A stretch of 59,151 nucleotides of DNA, from the IMG/VR virus record IMGVR_UViG_3300048837_000495, positions 1-59,151 of that record; one strand, 5' to 3'. Below the pieces are notes generated by a model. That model had not been told where the DNA came from. It saw nothing but the letters and a program-made list of their open reading frames with translations, and ran no database searches. Position 1 is the stretch's first letter; the number at the start of each line of letters is the position of its first letter. This stretch comes from a virus. Lineage: Duplodnaviria > Caudoviricetes. The position numbers and the translations under genes were made by a program. Of the stretch, positions 18,452-29,278 are shown in pieces.

Positions 18452-18952
18452 ATGAAAATTTCCAAAGCTGGTTTCATCTACACGGTCGAGCTTTATGACA
18501 AGTTCGGCAACCTCAAAAGCACCGAGACGGTGGAAAACCTCATCCCGACGGTAATGCTCAACTACTTCCTCGATACTGCGTTCAAAGGCGGAAGTGCGTT
18601 TTCTACGTGGTATCTGAGCCTTTACACTGCCAACCGGACGCCGGTAGCCGCCGACACCATGACTACCCTCATGGCTGATTGCGTCGAGGATACGGTCTAC
18701 ACGGTCACTGGCGGCGCCAGGAAAACTATTGCGTTCGCGTCGGTTGCAGATGCGGAGCTTACCGTGTCGTCCGAGAACACGTTCGAGTTTGCCAGTGCGT
18801 CAACAATTCGCGGCGCGTTCATCACGACCAACCCTACGCGAGGAAATAATTCGGGCCTTCTTGGGTCGGCAGTATTGTTTCAGACGGCAAAAACTCCGGC
18901 GGCGGGTGAAACGCTTCGAGTGCCGCTTGGGTTCTCATTCACTTCTGTATAG
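18452..18952 (+). CDS. Tail-associated structural protein
   Basis: NLIP...NY...WYLSLYT...TIRGAFI. Confidence 0.6.
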   Translation: MKISKAGFIYTVELYDKFGNLKSTETVENLIPTVMLNYFLDTAFKGGSAFSTWYLSLYTANRTPVAADTMTTLMADCVEDTVYTVTGGARKTIAFASVADAELTVSSENTFEFASASTIRGAFITTNPTRGNNSGLLGSAVLFQTAKTPAAGETLRVPLGFSFTSV

Positions 18953-18960
18953 GTGCTATA

Positions 18961-19350
18961 ATGTCTGGTTTAACAAACTACGCGGAAAAACGGGCGCTTG
19001 ACTATCTTCTCACGGGCGGTGTCACGGTTTTTGTCGAGTTGCACACCGGCGACCCGGGGGAAGACGCAACCGATAACGAGGTGACTGTCGCGCTCGACGC
19101 TGACTATGTGCGAAAGGCCGTGACTATGGGAGCCGCGACTCTCGGGGTCGGGAAATCCGTCAGCACGACCTCCGTTTCGTGGACAGTCAACGCAGCATCG
19201 GCCGGGTACACCATCACGCACTTGTCGTTGTGGGACGCGCTTTCCGGGGGAAATGCCATCTTCAAGGGCGAGCTTGTCGCCCCGGAGACGTTGGCTGCAA
19301 ACGATGTTTACACGATCGATGCTGGGCTCATCATCGCGGAACTTGATTAA
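18961..19350 (+). CDS. Tail-associated structural protein
   Basis: LTNYAE..ALD, LHTGDPGE, THLSLWDA.SGGN. Confidence 0.65.
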   Translation: MSGLTNYAEKRALDYLLTGGVTVFVELHTGDPGEDATDNEVTVALDADYVRKAVTMGAATLGVGKSVSTTSVSWTVNAASAGYTITHLSLWDALSGGNAIFKGELVAPETLAANDVYTIDAGLIIAELD

Positions 19351-19362
19351 GGAGAAATCGAC

Positions 19363-19815
19363 ATGGCATTCATGATAAGCACCGGCCTTCGTAACCACTT
19401 GCTCACCGGCGGCAGCTTCAAAAACGGGATGGACGGCTTTGTCGTCCGCGTTTACGGAAATGACGGCGCGGTCCCGGCAACAGCCGATGCCGCGGTAGGC
19501 AGCGCCACGTTGCTTGCCATCCTTTCCGTTGACGGGATGGGAGGCGGCGGCACATTCGAGAGCGCACCTGTTTCCGGTGTCCTGTCGAAAGAAACTACCG
19601 AAGAGCTTTTTGGCACCATTCTTGCTACCGGTACGGCTTCGTTTTTCCGGTTGTCGGCCACGACGGACACCGGTGCATCAAGCACTACCGAGAAGCGGCT
19701 ACAAGGCACTGTGGGAACTGTTGACGCCGACTTCCTGGTGCGCGACATTAACTTCGTCGCCGCCGAAGAGCAGCGCGTTGACTCGATCAACCTCGGTATG
19801 CCGGCGAGCGCGTAA
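19363..19815 (+). CDS. Tail-associated structural protein
   Basis: STGLRN, PATADAA, ATGTASFFRL, RLQGTVG. Confidence 0.65.
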   Translation: MAFMISTGLRNHLLTGGSFKNGMDGFVVRVYGNDGAVPATADAAVGSATLLAILSVDGMGGGGTFESAPVSGVLSKETTEELFGTILATGTASFFRLSATTDTGASSTTEKRLQGTVGTVDADFLVRDINFVAAEEQRVDSINLGMPASA

Positions 19816-20222
19816 TGGCTGACCAGTTTTTCGTACTTGACGACCCGTGGACGGGGCCAGAAATTGAGCTGTTCACCGACTACGTCTTCTTCTCGTCCAC
19901 CGATAACTGGATCTCGGAGTATCATGGTAAGCTCTACTTCGATGTTACGAAAAACGGTGGATCGGCGCTTCCGCTTCGTATTTATTTTCTGGATAGTGAG
20001 TATACCGAGATAGGGGACTTCCAAAATTTTTACATGGATAACGGGGTTCTCACCACGTGCGAACTCCAGTTTCCCGCAGAAGCGCACGTTATCGCCAATA
20101 TTCTACTGAGGAACATGGGGGAAGGGAGTTTCACCTTCACCATATCCGACATCCGCAGCGACAATGTTTACGTCACTGACTTCTGGCGAGGGTTCGTCGG
20201 AACCGAGGAGCTTCTTGAGTGA
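19815..20222 (+). CDS. Hypothetical structural protein
   Basis: Coupled ORF, C-terminal FWRGFVGTEE. Confidence 0.6.
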   Translation: MADQFFVLDDPWTGPEIELFTDYVFFSSTDNWISEYHGKLYFDVTKNGGSALPLRIYFLDSEYTEIGDFQNFYMDNGVLTTCELQFPAEAHVIANILLRNMGEGSFTFTISDIRSDNVYVTDFWRGFVGTEELLE

Positions 20223-22381
20223 TTGCGTTCGATGGTGTACGTAGTAAGAAGCTGATGTGGCTTGCGAAGAAGCTATTTGAGCAGCTACGTGCGCTTGGCA
20301 CTATCAGAAAAGCAACTGTTTTTGATGGGTTCCGTGTTGACGCTTTGCGCTTGGACGAGATCGAGAAAGCAAATATTACCGCCCCGACAGGGTTGAAGGT
20401 AATAGCGTCTGGTGACGATGGCGTCTATGTGTGGGAGTTCGATCACATCTTTGGCGGTTGCTCAGGCGCGTTTCGATGCCATACATTGAATGATAACCTC
20501 GGGTTATACGTTTACAAATCAACAATACTCCGTGGCGGCGACGGGCTAAAACTCAGCCCGATTACGCAAAAGATTATCGACCCTGTAGATATGACCTACT
20601 GGTGGATGCGAGATCATCTCGGCAACCTGATCTACACACCGACGCATAACGCACGACCAGTGTTGCTCCCGGTTGGTGCGCAGGAAATGGTGTGCAGGGG
20701 CCTGAGTATCATGCAGCGGCCTTACACGGATGGGTCTTTCACTGGTCTTCGGCCGCACTCGGTCGAGTTGCTTTTTCATCCTTATGGCCCAGACGCTCCG
20801 GCCGCGGTTCCGCCCCTTGCCTATCCGGTGAGTAGCGGGCGCAGGTCTATCACCACGGAAAGCGATTACTCGATTCTTCACGCCTGGCTCCTGCAACTTC
20901 TTCCAAGCCAGGTAGTGCGCGGGGTCCGCACAACCCAAGGAACCTTCAATTTCTACAACGCTGATTTTTCCAGCAGCACCATCAGCCCCTACAGGACTGT
21001 CGCCACGGTATGGGACGGGTATTGGGGGATGTGGAACTCGCTAACTCCGGAGGAACAGGCCGGGTTCGACTTTGCCGACTTCACCGGAAGATATGTCAGG
21101 ACTGACATTACTTGGACCGATCTTCCAGCCGATCTTGTCGAAACGCTTAACCATGCCGACAATCGCAACGTCGCCGGAACTATCTTCGTGCTTGGGAATT
21201 ATGCCTACGCTCTTGGCAAAGACGACCCCGTTAAGGTGCTCACGATAACCAAACCAAACGGCGCCTTTGAATTTTTCCAGATTACGGAAACCCTCGATTG
21301 CGACCCTGAATCGCCAGGGTTTGACCCGCTCTGTTACTTCGTCGACGACAACCCAACAACCAGAGAGTGGAAGCTGTTCTATACCATCTACGAGGACGGC
21401 CCCGATCCACAGTTCCCAGCGACAGGCGCGACGATAACGACGGTGACGGCGGAAGGCTGCCTTGGTGTGCTGCACCATCTCTACGAGCTTCAATATGGCG
21501 CCTATGATCCGCCGACAGTGAATGCGGTGCTTGAGGAGGTACCGGCAGGATGGGTCTACACCGACCCCGTCGACCTGACCAGCCTGGATTTCAAGGTGAG
21601 CTGGGCCAGAGCGACGCTGACATTCGAGCGGCTTTGTTCTTACCCCAATGTCAATAACCCGGACACTGCCCATTACGACTCGGTGATGTTCCACGGGCCG
21701 AATGGGGTTTACTCATGGGATCGCATCTACAGTGAGGCGGTCGGTGGAGTACCGGAAACCTTTGAGGAGCCGACTAAGTATGGGGTCACGGGGATACTTG
21801 TCCACTTCGGCGCAACCGGGCTCTCGTTGGTTGACTGCTATGTCCCCCCGGAGGTTGGCACTATCGGTGTGCGCCCGCTGGTTACCTACGCCGGAGAAGG
21901 CCTTTACTCATGCGTTTGCGAGAAAGTTGGGGCCACGCTGGTTGCCGATTTCGATGAGGTACAGGCGCTTGCGCTTTATTACGGCTCGCCCTTTACCGGA
22001 TGGTACAAACTGCCGATGCCTGTGGCCGCAGACGGCGAGACGGTTGTGTTAAAGCACGTCCGCCCGGTACTGCTGAACTCCGAGAAGAGCACGTTTCTTG
22101 GGATAATCCGCAAGGAAACCATTGTGGAGGGCGAGACAATCGAGCGCTATTTCCCCGCGATCCTTGATTTTGTCAACAGCCGAGAAGAGAATGCCTGGAT
22201 AACCCTTGCAGAAATAATTTTCCCGGATACTGTTGAGAAATCGCAACGGCTTATTTGGGACCTCAGCCCATACGGAAACGGCGGCTTACCGCGGTTGCTC
22301 TCGAATTATCTGTCTCCCCCGCCGGTAGTTGAGCAGCAGTACATTGTCGACAATTCGTACTATGAAAACAAGGCCCACTAG
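20219..22381 (+). CDS. Large tail-region protein
   Basis: 720-aa coupled ORF in tail module. Confidence 0.7.
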   Translation: MIAFDGVRSKKLMWLAKKLFEQLRALGTIRKATVFDGFRVDALRLDEIEKANITAPTGLKVIASGDDGVYVWEFDHIFGGCSGAFRCHTLNDNLGLYVYKSTILRGGDGLKLSPITQKIIDPVDMTYWWMRDHLGNLIYTPTHNARPVLLPVGAQEMVCRGLSIMQRPYTDGSFTGLRPHSVELLFHPYGPDAPAAVPPLAYPVSSGRRSITTESDYSILHAWLLQLLPSQVVRGVRTTQGTFNFYNADFSSSTISPYRTVATVWDGYWGMWNSLTPEEQAGFDFADFTGRYVRTDITWTDLPADLVETLNHADNRNVAGTIFVLGNYAYALGKDDPVKVLTITKPNGAFEFFQITETLDCDPESPGFDPLCYFVDDNPTTREWKLFYTIYEDGPDPQFPATGATITTVTAEGCLGVLHHLYELQYGAYDPPTVNAVLEEVPAGWVYTDPVDLTSLDFKVSWARATLTFERLCSYPNVNNPDTAHYDSVMFHGPNGVYSWDRIYSEAVGGVPETFEEPTKYGVTGILVHFGATGLSLVDCYVPPEVGTIGVRPLVTYAGEGLYSCVCEKVGATLVADFDEVQALALYYGSPFTGWYKLPMPVAADGETVVLKHVRPVLLNSEKSTFLGIIRKETIVEGETIERYFPAILDFVNSREENAWITLAEIIFPDTVEKSQRLIWDLSPYGNGGLPRLLSNYLSPPPVVEQQYIVDNSYYENKAH

Positions 22382-22389
22382 GTGGTGAT

Positions 22390-23250
22390 ATGAGCCGGCT
22401 CTTAAAGAAAATGCGCACTGAGATTATACCGGGTGTCGCTGCTTCCCCAGTAGTAACGAAGCTGGCCACCGATGCGTACTCTACTGTCCGTGTCGAGATG
22501 CAAGAGCAGTGGGTTGACGGACCAGGCATAACGTGGGAATGGGTGCCGTTCGGCAACACCGCTGGAACCGGTGCGTGGGTTTATACCGAGCAAGGTGAGC
22601 TGGAGTGGTTGTCGTTTGTCCAAGACGACATTCTGATAGACCGCCCTACTGGGAGTTGGCAACCGCTTTATCTGGGCTCAAGAGACATAGGCAACCATCC
22701 CGTGAAGGTAAAGAAGCTCGTGGCAGTCCAGGTGGTAACTCACTACCCGGCGCAGCCCGCAACATATGCTTTACCGAAAGAGCCAGCGAAGCTCAATCAG
22801 ATCCGATACTCGCTCAACGCTGGGTGGAACAGCCACGCGATATCCATAGAACCGCTCGTCCCCGGCGAATTTATCTCGTTCAAAGTGAAGGCCGGAACAA
22901 CCGGTGCCTTTATTGGAGTGGGTCGGAGTGTTCTCTACGGGAAAGGCATGACGGTTTTCCGACACGGTATTGTCGCCGAGCCAGCCGGAGTCCGGGTGGT
23001 AGAGAGCGGGGACACGAAAACACTGCTCACTTCGGTTATCAACAAAGACACGGATATCCGTGTGTACCTTGGCGAGGACCGCGTTGTTTCCTACGTCGTA
23101 ATAAACGAGTCGATTGTCCGAGTTGCAAAAAGCCTGGTAGCGGCCGAGGCCGACACGCTTTATGCCCATGCCTACCTCTACTCTGGTGGTGACGAGATCA
23201 CGGAGGCGGCGTTCGATACCGGCAGAGTAATTTACGGAGGCACAAGATGA
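22390..23250 (+). CDS. Tail-region protein
   Basis: 286-aa ORF, GWNS.A.S lectin-like C-terminal part. Confidence 0.65.
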   Translation: MSRLLKKMRTEIIPGVAASPVVTKLATDAYSTVRVEMQEQWVDGPGITWEWVPFGNTAGTGAWVYTEQGELEWLSFVQDDILIDRPTGSWQPLYLGSRDIGNHPVKVKKLVAVQVVTHYPAQPATYALPKEPAKLNQIRYSLNAGWNSHAISIEPLVPGEFISFKVKAGTTGAFIGVGRSVLYGKGMTVFRHGIVAEPAGVRVVESGDTKTLLTSVINKDTDIRVYLGEDRVVSYVVINESIVRVAKSLVAAEADTLYAHAYLYSGGDEITEAAFDTGRVIYGGTR

Positions 23251-24419
23251 GGGGGGTTGGGACTTTAACAGCCGGTGAGGCGATTGCCCGCCTTCGCGGA
23301 ACCTCAAGCCTTACGACCAAACATAAGCCGAGCGCCACACTTACCGGTACCAGTAGCTTAACGGCGTCCAGCACCTACCGGCGTGGGAGAATCGAGGCCG
23401 ACCTGCCGGCGCTGCTCTGCCGAATGCTTGATAGCGACTTCTCCGAGATCCGCGCCGACCTGCCGGCGCTCACACTCGAGATGGCCGAGGAGTACGTGCC
23501 GCTTGCTGCCCAGACCATTTATGGGAACTTGCCGGAGATTGTGTTTTCCGGGTTCATGAGCCGGAGTAGAAGCGGTGACATCGATGCAAACTTTCCGCCA
23601 CTGCTGTTCAAGGCAGGAGATTTCAATTTTGGCGAGCTGAATGCCTCGCTCCCAGCGCTGCAAACACTTCTGTGGGCAGACCCGACCCCACTTAAATTCG
23701 ACTTCGACAACCTTGTTTACACCGCTGGGTCCGTGTCCGCGTTCGTTGACTACGTTTTTATTTTTGACTCGACCGCCAACGTGCTCGAGGTGCTTACAGT
23801 TTCCCGGGAACTGGTCGCGAGCATCGCCGAGGCTATTCAGGCGGGACTCGAGCAGTCGGTGCTGTCTGATTATTCGGTCAGCTTCTACAGTGCAGCGTGG
23901 GCGAACCTGGAGACTCTTGCAGCGTTTTCTGGTGTGCCGGCATATGCTGGTGGCGCCGATGGTGGCCCGAGAGTGTGGGTCGTCAACATCGAGACGAAGG
24001 CAAGCAGCCAGTACGACAACTACGGATTCAACTCCTTCATGGAGATTGACGGCCAGTACTACGGGGTTGCTGACGATGGAATTTACCGGCTCGATGGCGA
24101 CGACGATGCGGGAGTGGATATCGACGCTCTTGTGGAGGTAGGCAAATCGCACCTCGGCTCCGCGCAAAAGAAAAAGGTCCTCAATGTCTACGCCGGCGCG
24201 TCGAGCGATGGTAAGCTGCTGTTGAAAGTAAATGCCGACGGGCAGGAATATACCTACGAGGCGAGGAGCAACACCACGACGCTCGAGAACAACAGGTTCG
24301 ACGTTGGCCGCGGCCTTGACGGGAACTATTTCAATTTCACTCTGCTCAACCAGAATGGCGACGATTTCGACCTTGAGACTGTTGCCTTCGAGCCGATCAT
24401 TCTTTCGAGGAAAATCTGA
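23247..24419 (+). CDS. Tail-region protein with I.A.LP.L repeats
   Basis: Five IxAxLPxL-like repeats; C-terminal YDNYGFNSF domain. Confidence 0.7.
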   Translation: MRGVGTLTAGEAIARLRGTSSLTTKHKPSATLTGTSSLTASSTYRRGRIEADLPALLCRMLDSDFSEIRADLPALTLEMAEEYVPLAAQTIYGNLPEIVFSGFMSRSRSGDIDANFPPLLFKAGDFNFGELNASLPALQTLLWADPTPLKFDFDNLVYTAGSVSAFVDYVFIFDSTANVLEVLTVSRELVASIAEAIQAGLEQSVLSDYSVSFYSAAWANLETLAAFSGVPAYAGGADGGPRVWVVNIETKASSQYDNYGFNSFMEIDGQYYGVADDGIYRLDGDDDAGVDIDALVEVGKSHLGSAQKKKVLNVYAGASSDGKLLLKVNADGQEYTYEARSNTTTLENNRFDVGRGLDGNYFNFTLLNQNGDDFDLETVAFEPIILSRKI

Positions 24420-25387
24420 TGGCTACTCCTGCCGAGTTCATTGACCAGATAATCAGCAACGCCATTACTACCGCCAATACCTACACGACCAACGTCAGCA
24501 CAGCAGCCGGCGAGCTTATTGACGCCCAGGGCGGGATATATATCCCGCCGCCCAGCACGGAGACGGATTTTGCTGTCGAAGCGGAAGAGCCAGACATTCC
24601 AGAAGTTGACGACTCGACGCTCACTTATGAGGCCCAGCTCGACAAACTCGTGGCGCTTCTGTCGGACCAGCTTGGTAATTTCTTTGCGACCTACTACCCA
24701 TTACAATCCGACGCCTTTGACGAAGCCCAGGCATGGCTGGTCAACACCATCACCAACGGTGGGACCGGAGTAAACGCGGCGATCGAGGATGCAATCTGGC
24801 AACGCGCTCGGGACCGAGTCATTGCCGACGGCCGCAGGGTGGAAGAGCAAATTGCTACTGGTTACGCGGCAAAAGGCTACTCGCTGCCGCAGGGGTCGAT
24901 GCTCAAGAAGATCGAGCAGGCCCGGTTCAAGCAGGCCTCGGACACCGGTGTCGCCTCTACTACCATCGCCGCCAAGCAGCTCGAAATCGAGATCGAAACG
25001 GTTAAGTTCGCCATCGGCAAAGCCATCGATAGCCGAACCATGGCGATGAACGCCGCCGCCGATTACATCCGAGCTATTGCCTCTTCGCCAGACGCAGCGG
25101 CCAGGGTTGCCGGCTTGAACACCGATGTCAAAGCCAAAATGATGGCTGCCGCAGGCGACTTCTACCGTGCGCGGCTTTCCCGCGATGAAATTGTTTTGCG
25201 GTCTAAACTTGCCAAGGTTGACTCGAATGTCGATGTCTGGAAGATGCAGAAGCAAAACGCCACGGACTCGGCGAGAGTCAACGTGTCTGCTTTGGCGAGT
25301 GCCGCCGACGCTTTTGCCCGGGCCGCGCAGGCCGCGCTGTCGAGCCTGACGAGCGTGGTGTCTACCGCCACCAACGCGTTTTCATAA
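24419..25387 (+). CDS. Helical virion protein (possible ejection protein)
   Basis: AIWQRARDR...YAAKGYSLPQG; Ala-rich helical. Confidence 0.65.
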   Translation: MATPAEFIDQIISNAITTANTYTTNVSTAAGELIDAQGGIYIPPPSTETDFAVEAEEPDIPEVDDSTLTYEAQLDKLVALLSDQLGNFFATYYPLQSDAFDEAQAWLVNTITNGGTGVNAAIEDAIWQRARDRVIADGRRVEEQIATGYAAKGYSLPQGSMLKKIEQARFKQASDTGVASTTIAAKQLEIEIETVKFAIGKAIDSRTMAMNAAADYIRAIASSPDAAARVAGLNTDVKAKMMAAAGDFYRARLSRDEIVLRSKLAKVDSNVDVWKMQKQNATDSARVNVSALASAADAFARAAQAALSSLTSVVSTATNAFS

Positions 25388-25391
25388 GGAG

Positions 25392-25420
25392 TAGACTCCT
25401 TCCCGAAATTGGTGTATAAT
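25392..25420 (+). promoter_or_regulatory. Putative sigma70 promoter
   Basis: TAGACT-17bp-TATAAT upstream of SD AGGAG and ATG 25449. Confidence 0.6.
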
Positions 25421-25448
25421 TTCGACACATATTGATAGGAGAAAAGTA

Positions 25449-26558
25449 ATGGCAGCTCTGCTTGAAGATCGCGCAAAAGTACAATTCCCGTTGATGAGCC
25501 TTGGCTCGGCTCTTGGACTCACACAGCGGCCCGCCGCTATGCCTATCGTGGCTGAAAATACCCCAATCGTAAGTGCGACCACCCCTGCCCCGGCTGCTGC
25601 GGCTACTCCCCCCGGCCAAAGCCAAGGGGCAGTGGGTTTTCGTCCTCGTCCGGTTCTGCTTGGCGCCCCCGGCGGTGTTATGCGCGTTGACAACTTCCGG
25701 CAAGACCGGCCGCTTAAAGCGAGTATGCAAGCTATCGACGACACTATCGCCGGTGGCGTTGTGCCGACTTCCGAGCAGGCTTCGCAAATCACCGGACTTC
25801 GCCGCCAAGCTGGTTTCTTGCGCGGCGGGACGGACAGAGTTCCTGTCGGACCGGACGGACTCCCCATTTCTGGCCGAGGAGCGAGGTACTCAATCACGGC
25901 AGCGCCCGACGTAGCCGCACGGTTTACTGACGCGGTAGCTCCTGGAGAATACGGCCCCGAGGCAATGGCAGCAAGAGGGCTCCAGCGGCAGCAGTTTTTG
26001 GAGCGCAACGCCGCCCGCCCAGTCATGGCCGCCGCCCCGCAGCCGCTCCCGGCCCCGCAGTCTCTTGGTGAAGCGTTCGTGCGCCGAGGGGCCTTGCGGG
26101 AAATTGAGAGCGCTCGACAGGGCGCGAAGACCGAGGCCGAGATTACCGGGTTCCGTATGAACGCGGCGAACGCCGCGGAGCAGAACCGCATTGCCGCCGA
26201 AAGGAACCTCATCGCCGCTGGGAGCGAAGCGTCGGCCGCAGGTATGCGCCAGTCGCAGATGGACCTCAATGCCGCCCTTGCTCGTAAGTCCGATGCCGAG
26301 GCCGCTGCTGGGAAGTACGTCCGGCTCAAGCGGCAAGTTCCTTCGGGAGAGATTGACCCGCTTACGAACGAACCGATCATGCGCACCGAGGAGTTCCTCT
26401 ACGACCAGGCGACGAAACAGTTCATCGAGCCGAACGCCACGACTGGTGGCGCTGCACAGCCGAACGCTTTACCAGCCGTGAATACCAGGGTGGTCGGCAA
26501 GTATTATGACCTTCCGCAAGGTCGGTTTAAGTGGACCGCAAAAGGGTGGGAGAAATAA
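25449..26558 (+). CDS. Putative internal virion/ejection protein
   Basis: Ala/Pro/Gln-rich, C-terminal FKWTAKGWEK. Confidence 0.65.
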   Translation: MAALLEDRAKVQFPLMSLGSALGLTQRPAAMPIVAENTPIVSATTPAPAAAATPPGQSQGAVGFRPRPVLLGAPGGVMRVDNFRQDRPLKASMQAIDDTIAGGVVPTSEQASQITGLRRQAGFLRGGTDRVPVGPDGLPISGRGARYSITAAPDVAARFTDAVAPGEYGPEAMAARGLQRQQFLERNAARPVMAAAPQPLPAPQSLGEAFVRRGALREIESARQGAKTEAEITGFRMNAANAAEQNRIAAERNLIAAGSEASAAGMRQSQMDLNAALARKSDAEAAAGKYVRLKRQVPSGEIDPLTNEPIMRTEEFLYDQATKQFIEPNATTGGAAQPNALPAVNTRVVGKYYDLPQGRFKWTAKGWEK

Positions 26559-28630
26559 TGGCTTACTCTGACGACGAGCTTCTAAACCTTCCGCCGGTAT
26601 CCGGCCCGCTCTCCGATGACGATCTGCTCGCGCTGCCGCCTGCGCCGAAACAGCCTCCAGTAGACCAAAACACCGGAACCACCGGTGACCTCGCCACCTC
26701 GGTCAAGCGCGGCATCCTGGACCTACCCGGCGTCGTTACTGGCCTTGCCGACCTGCCGTTCGCTCTTGCCGCCGGTATCCGCCCAGTGTCCACCGCCACC
26801 GAGTGGCTTGGAGAAAAGACCGGGTTCCGCCCCGGTAAATGGGCCGACGAGGCGAAGCAGGAGTACAGCCCCGGTTACCAGCAGGCGCAGCAGGAAATCG
26901 ATCAAGCCTGGGACGACCCGAATACTTCCGCCGTGGACGTGGCCAAGGCTTATGTCCGCAACCCTGCCTATGTCGCCAACGCGGTGGCCGAGTCGGTTCC
27001 GTCCATGCTGGCGGGTGGGCTTGCTGGAAGGGCGATCATGGGGGCCGGGGCCGTTGCCCAGGCCGTACCGGCGGTTGTCGGAGCCGAGGGTGCCGCCTCT
27101 CGCATCATCCCGCAGATGGTCGGTTATCTTGAGCGCAAGCTCGGAGAGAAGGCTGCCGCGGCCGTAGCCGGCGGAACCGGTGAGGGTTTGGTCCAGGCTG
27201 GGTCGGCTATGAACGAAGCGACCGGCGAAGACCAGCGGAAGAACGCCGTTGCCGCCCTTGGGTCCGGGCTGGTCGACGCGATCATCGGTGCTGGTGCAGG
27301 GTCTGTTGCCCAGAAGCTCGGTTTTGAGACGATCGAAACGGCCATGGCAAAAGGGTTCAACCGGATGATCGCCGACGAGGTCGACACCGCGGCGAAACTC
27401 GGTCAGCGCGTTGTTGCCAAAGGCACCCGCATGGCTGGTGGTGCCGTGGCCGAGGGTATTCTCCAGGAACTTCCGCAGAGCGCTCAGGAGCAGGTATGGG
27501 CGAACTACGCTGCTGGTAAGGATCTCTGGAACGGTGTGCCTCGTAGCGCGGTCGAGGGGGCCTTGGCCGGAATGGTAATGGGTGCTGGCGCCAACGTCGT
27601 CACCCCCGACCAAGCGAAAGCCAACGCGGCCCGCGACAAGGTCCAGAGCCAAACGCTGACCAACATCACGAAACTCCCGGTAACCGTAGAGAACGGCGTT
27701 GCCACCGTGCAAGCAGACCAGCCGTTCACCATGCCGGCGGCAGATCTCGCCGAGCATTTCGTAAGCGGTGGGACGCTTGAGACACTTCCGAAGCAACTCT
27801 GGTTTGGTGAGCGTGCTCAGTTCCAAGGGCAGGAAGCCCTCGCCCCGCAACCCGTAACGACGCAAGCTGACATTGCCTCCGCGCTTGACCGGGCCGAGTC
27901 CGACATTGCCTGGGAACAGCAGACTGAAACCGCACTTGCTCAGGCGCGAAAGAGGAACCTTCCGCAGGACACAAACCGGGCGATCGACGCGGCCATGCAG
28001 GAGTATGAGCCGGCGTTGCCCACCGGCACCAGAGCACCTGTGGCGCCTGCGCCAGAACCGACACCGGAAGTAATTACCAATGAAGGGCAGCCGTTCGCCT
28101 CTGCCAGCGCGGCAAAAGGCGCGGCGGCTAAGACCGGCAGCGCTACCTACGAAATCATCCCGCAGGGCGAAGGCTTTATTGCGCAGCGGATTGATGCCGA
28201 CCTCACCCAAGCGATCACCAAACAGGGTGGCACTGGATTTGCTACGGCGAAGGCATTGCAGCAAGTTGCTGCGAGAAACAAGATCGACCTCACCGGCTAC
28301 CGGGTAGCCGAAACGAATCGCGGGTTCATTGCTGTACCGCTCGAGAGTGCCCCCCAAGCCTCTGCGACCGCAGCGTCTTCTGCACCGGCGAGCTCACCCC
28401 GAGGGGCCGCTTCTTTGTTCTCGTCCGAGCAGGAAGCGAATTTGTTAAATACTGTTGCAGAGTCTACAGAATCGGGCTATACTGACGATGAGCTTACGTC
28501 AGTTACTGCGGTAACGTTTACACCTGGTTTTTTGGACGGAGTTACTCCAGAAAATGCAAAACAAGCGTTGGATGTTATTGACGAGGACATTGCTCTGTAC
28601 GAACAAATTCGTAAGTGTGTGAGCGGCTGA
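26558..28630 (+). CDS. Putative ejection protein with Gly/Ala-rich membrane-like segments
   Basis: ATG 26558 overlaps upstream TAA; ESVPSMLAGG, EGILQELPQSAQEQ motifs. Confidence 0.7.
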   Translation: MAYSDDELLNLPPVSGPLSDDDLLALPPAPKQPPVDQNTGTTGDLATSVKRGILDLPGVVTGLADLPFALAAGIRPVSTATEWLGEKTGFRPGKWADEAKQEYSPGYQQAQQEIDQAWDDPNTSAVDVAKAYVRNPAYVANAVAESVPSMLAGGLAGRAIMGAGAVAQAVPAVVGAEGAASRIIPQMVGYLERKLGEKAAAAVAGGTGEGLVQAGSAMNEATGEDQRKNAVAALGSGLVDAIIGAGAGSVAQKLGFETIETAMAKGFNRMIADEVDTAAKLGQRVVAKGTRMAGGAVAEGILQELPQSAQEQVWANYAAGKDLWNGVPRSAVEGALAGMVMGAGANVVTPDQAKANAARDKVQSQTLTNITKLPVTVENGVATVQADQPFTMPAADLAEHFVSGGTLETLPKQLWFGERAQFQGQEALAPQPVTTQADIASALDRAESDIAWEQQTETALAQARKRNLPQDTNRAIDAAMQEYEPALPTGTRAPVAPAPEPTPEVITNEGQPFASASAAKGAAAKTGSATYEIIPQGEGFIAQRIDADLTQAITKQGGTGFATAKALQQVAARNKIDLTGYRVAETNRGFIAVPLESAPQASATAASSAPASSPRGAASLFSSEQEANLLNTVAESTESGYTDDELTSVTAVTFTPGFLDGVTPENAKQALDVIDEDIALYEQIRKCVSG

Positions 28631-28974
28631 TGAAACTAACACCACAACGGGCAGCGGAACTAAGACGGCGCGGTGTAAAAGTCGATATGTCTAAGGTTGT
28701 CCGTGAACCACCTCCGGAGTCTCAACAGCCCGCTACAAAATCGCAACCCGCCGAGTTGACGCCGGAGAAGCCGGCTGCGTTTGATGCCGTCCCGCATCTT
28801 CTTGAAATCGCCAAAGCCAGCGAAGCTAACGCCAAGGCTATCATAGCCCAGCAGTCCGCCGTGGTGGAAGCGCTGCGTGAGATGACAAAACCTAAGCCAA
28901 AGAAGCAATACGTTAGCGTTGTTCATCGCGGCAAAGACGGCAAAATAAGCAAAGTAGACACGAAAGAGGTTTAG
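28630..28974 (+). CDS. Hypothetical protein
   Basis: ATG overlapping upstream TGA; C-terminal VHRGKDGKI. Confidence 0.65.
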   Translation: MKLTPQRAAELRRRGVKVDMSKVVREPPPESQQPATKSQPAELTPEKPAAFDAVPHLLEIAKASEANAKAIIAQQSAVVEALREMTKPKPKKQYVSVVHRGKDGKISKVDTKEV

Positions 28975-28975
28975 C

Positions 28976-29278
28976 GTGAAAACCTACGCAGTAATCGACA
29001 CCGCCACCGGGCAGCTCGTCTCGGTATCCACTGAGCCTCCAGATGCTCCCAAGAGCAGGATACTCACCCGCCTGGCCTTTATGCGCCGGTTCACGGATGC
29101 TGAGTTAGCGACCATCTATACCGCCGAATCTCAGTCAGTGCAGCTCAAGGTGTGGATGGATAAATTCAGGGTTGCCGAAGAGATCTCGCTTGACGACCCA
29201 GAGATTATCGCGGGAGTGAACGGACTGGAGCAGATGGGGGTTCTTTCAGTAGGTAGGGCGGCGGAGGTGCTTGAGTAA
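28976..29278 (+). CDS. Tail fibre-associated small protein
   Basis: LTRLAFMRRFTDAE...GRAAEVL pattern. Confidence 0.55.
   Translation: MKTYAVIDTATGQLVSVSTEPPDAPKSRILTRLAFMRRFTDAELATIYTAESQSVQLKVWMDKFRVAEEISLDDPEIIAGVNGLEQMGVLSVGRAAEVLE

Noticed and set aside
11058-28357. Long - strand ORFs opposite the portal, capsid and ejection genes (e.g. 13363-14718, 26723-28357)
   Set aside because: Antisense shadows caused by codon bias
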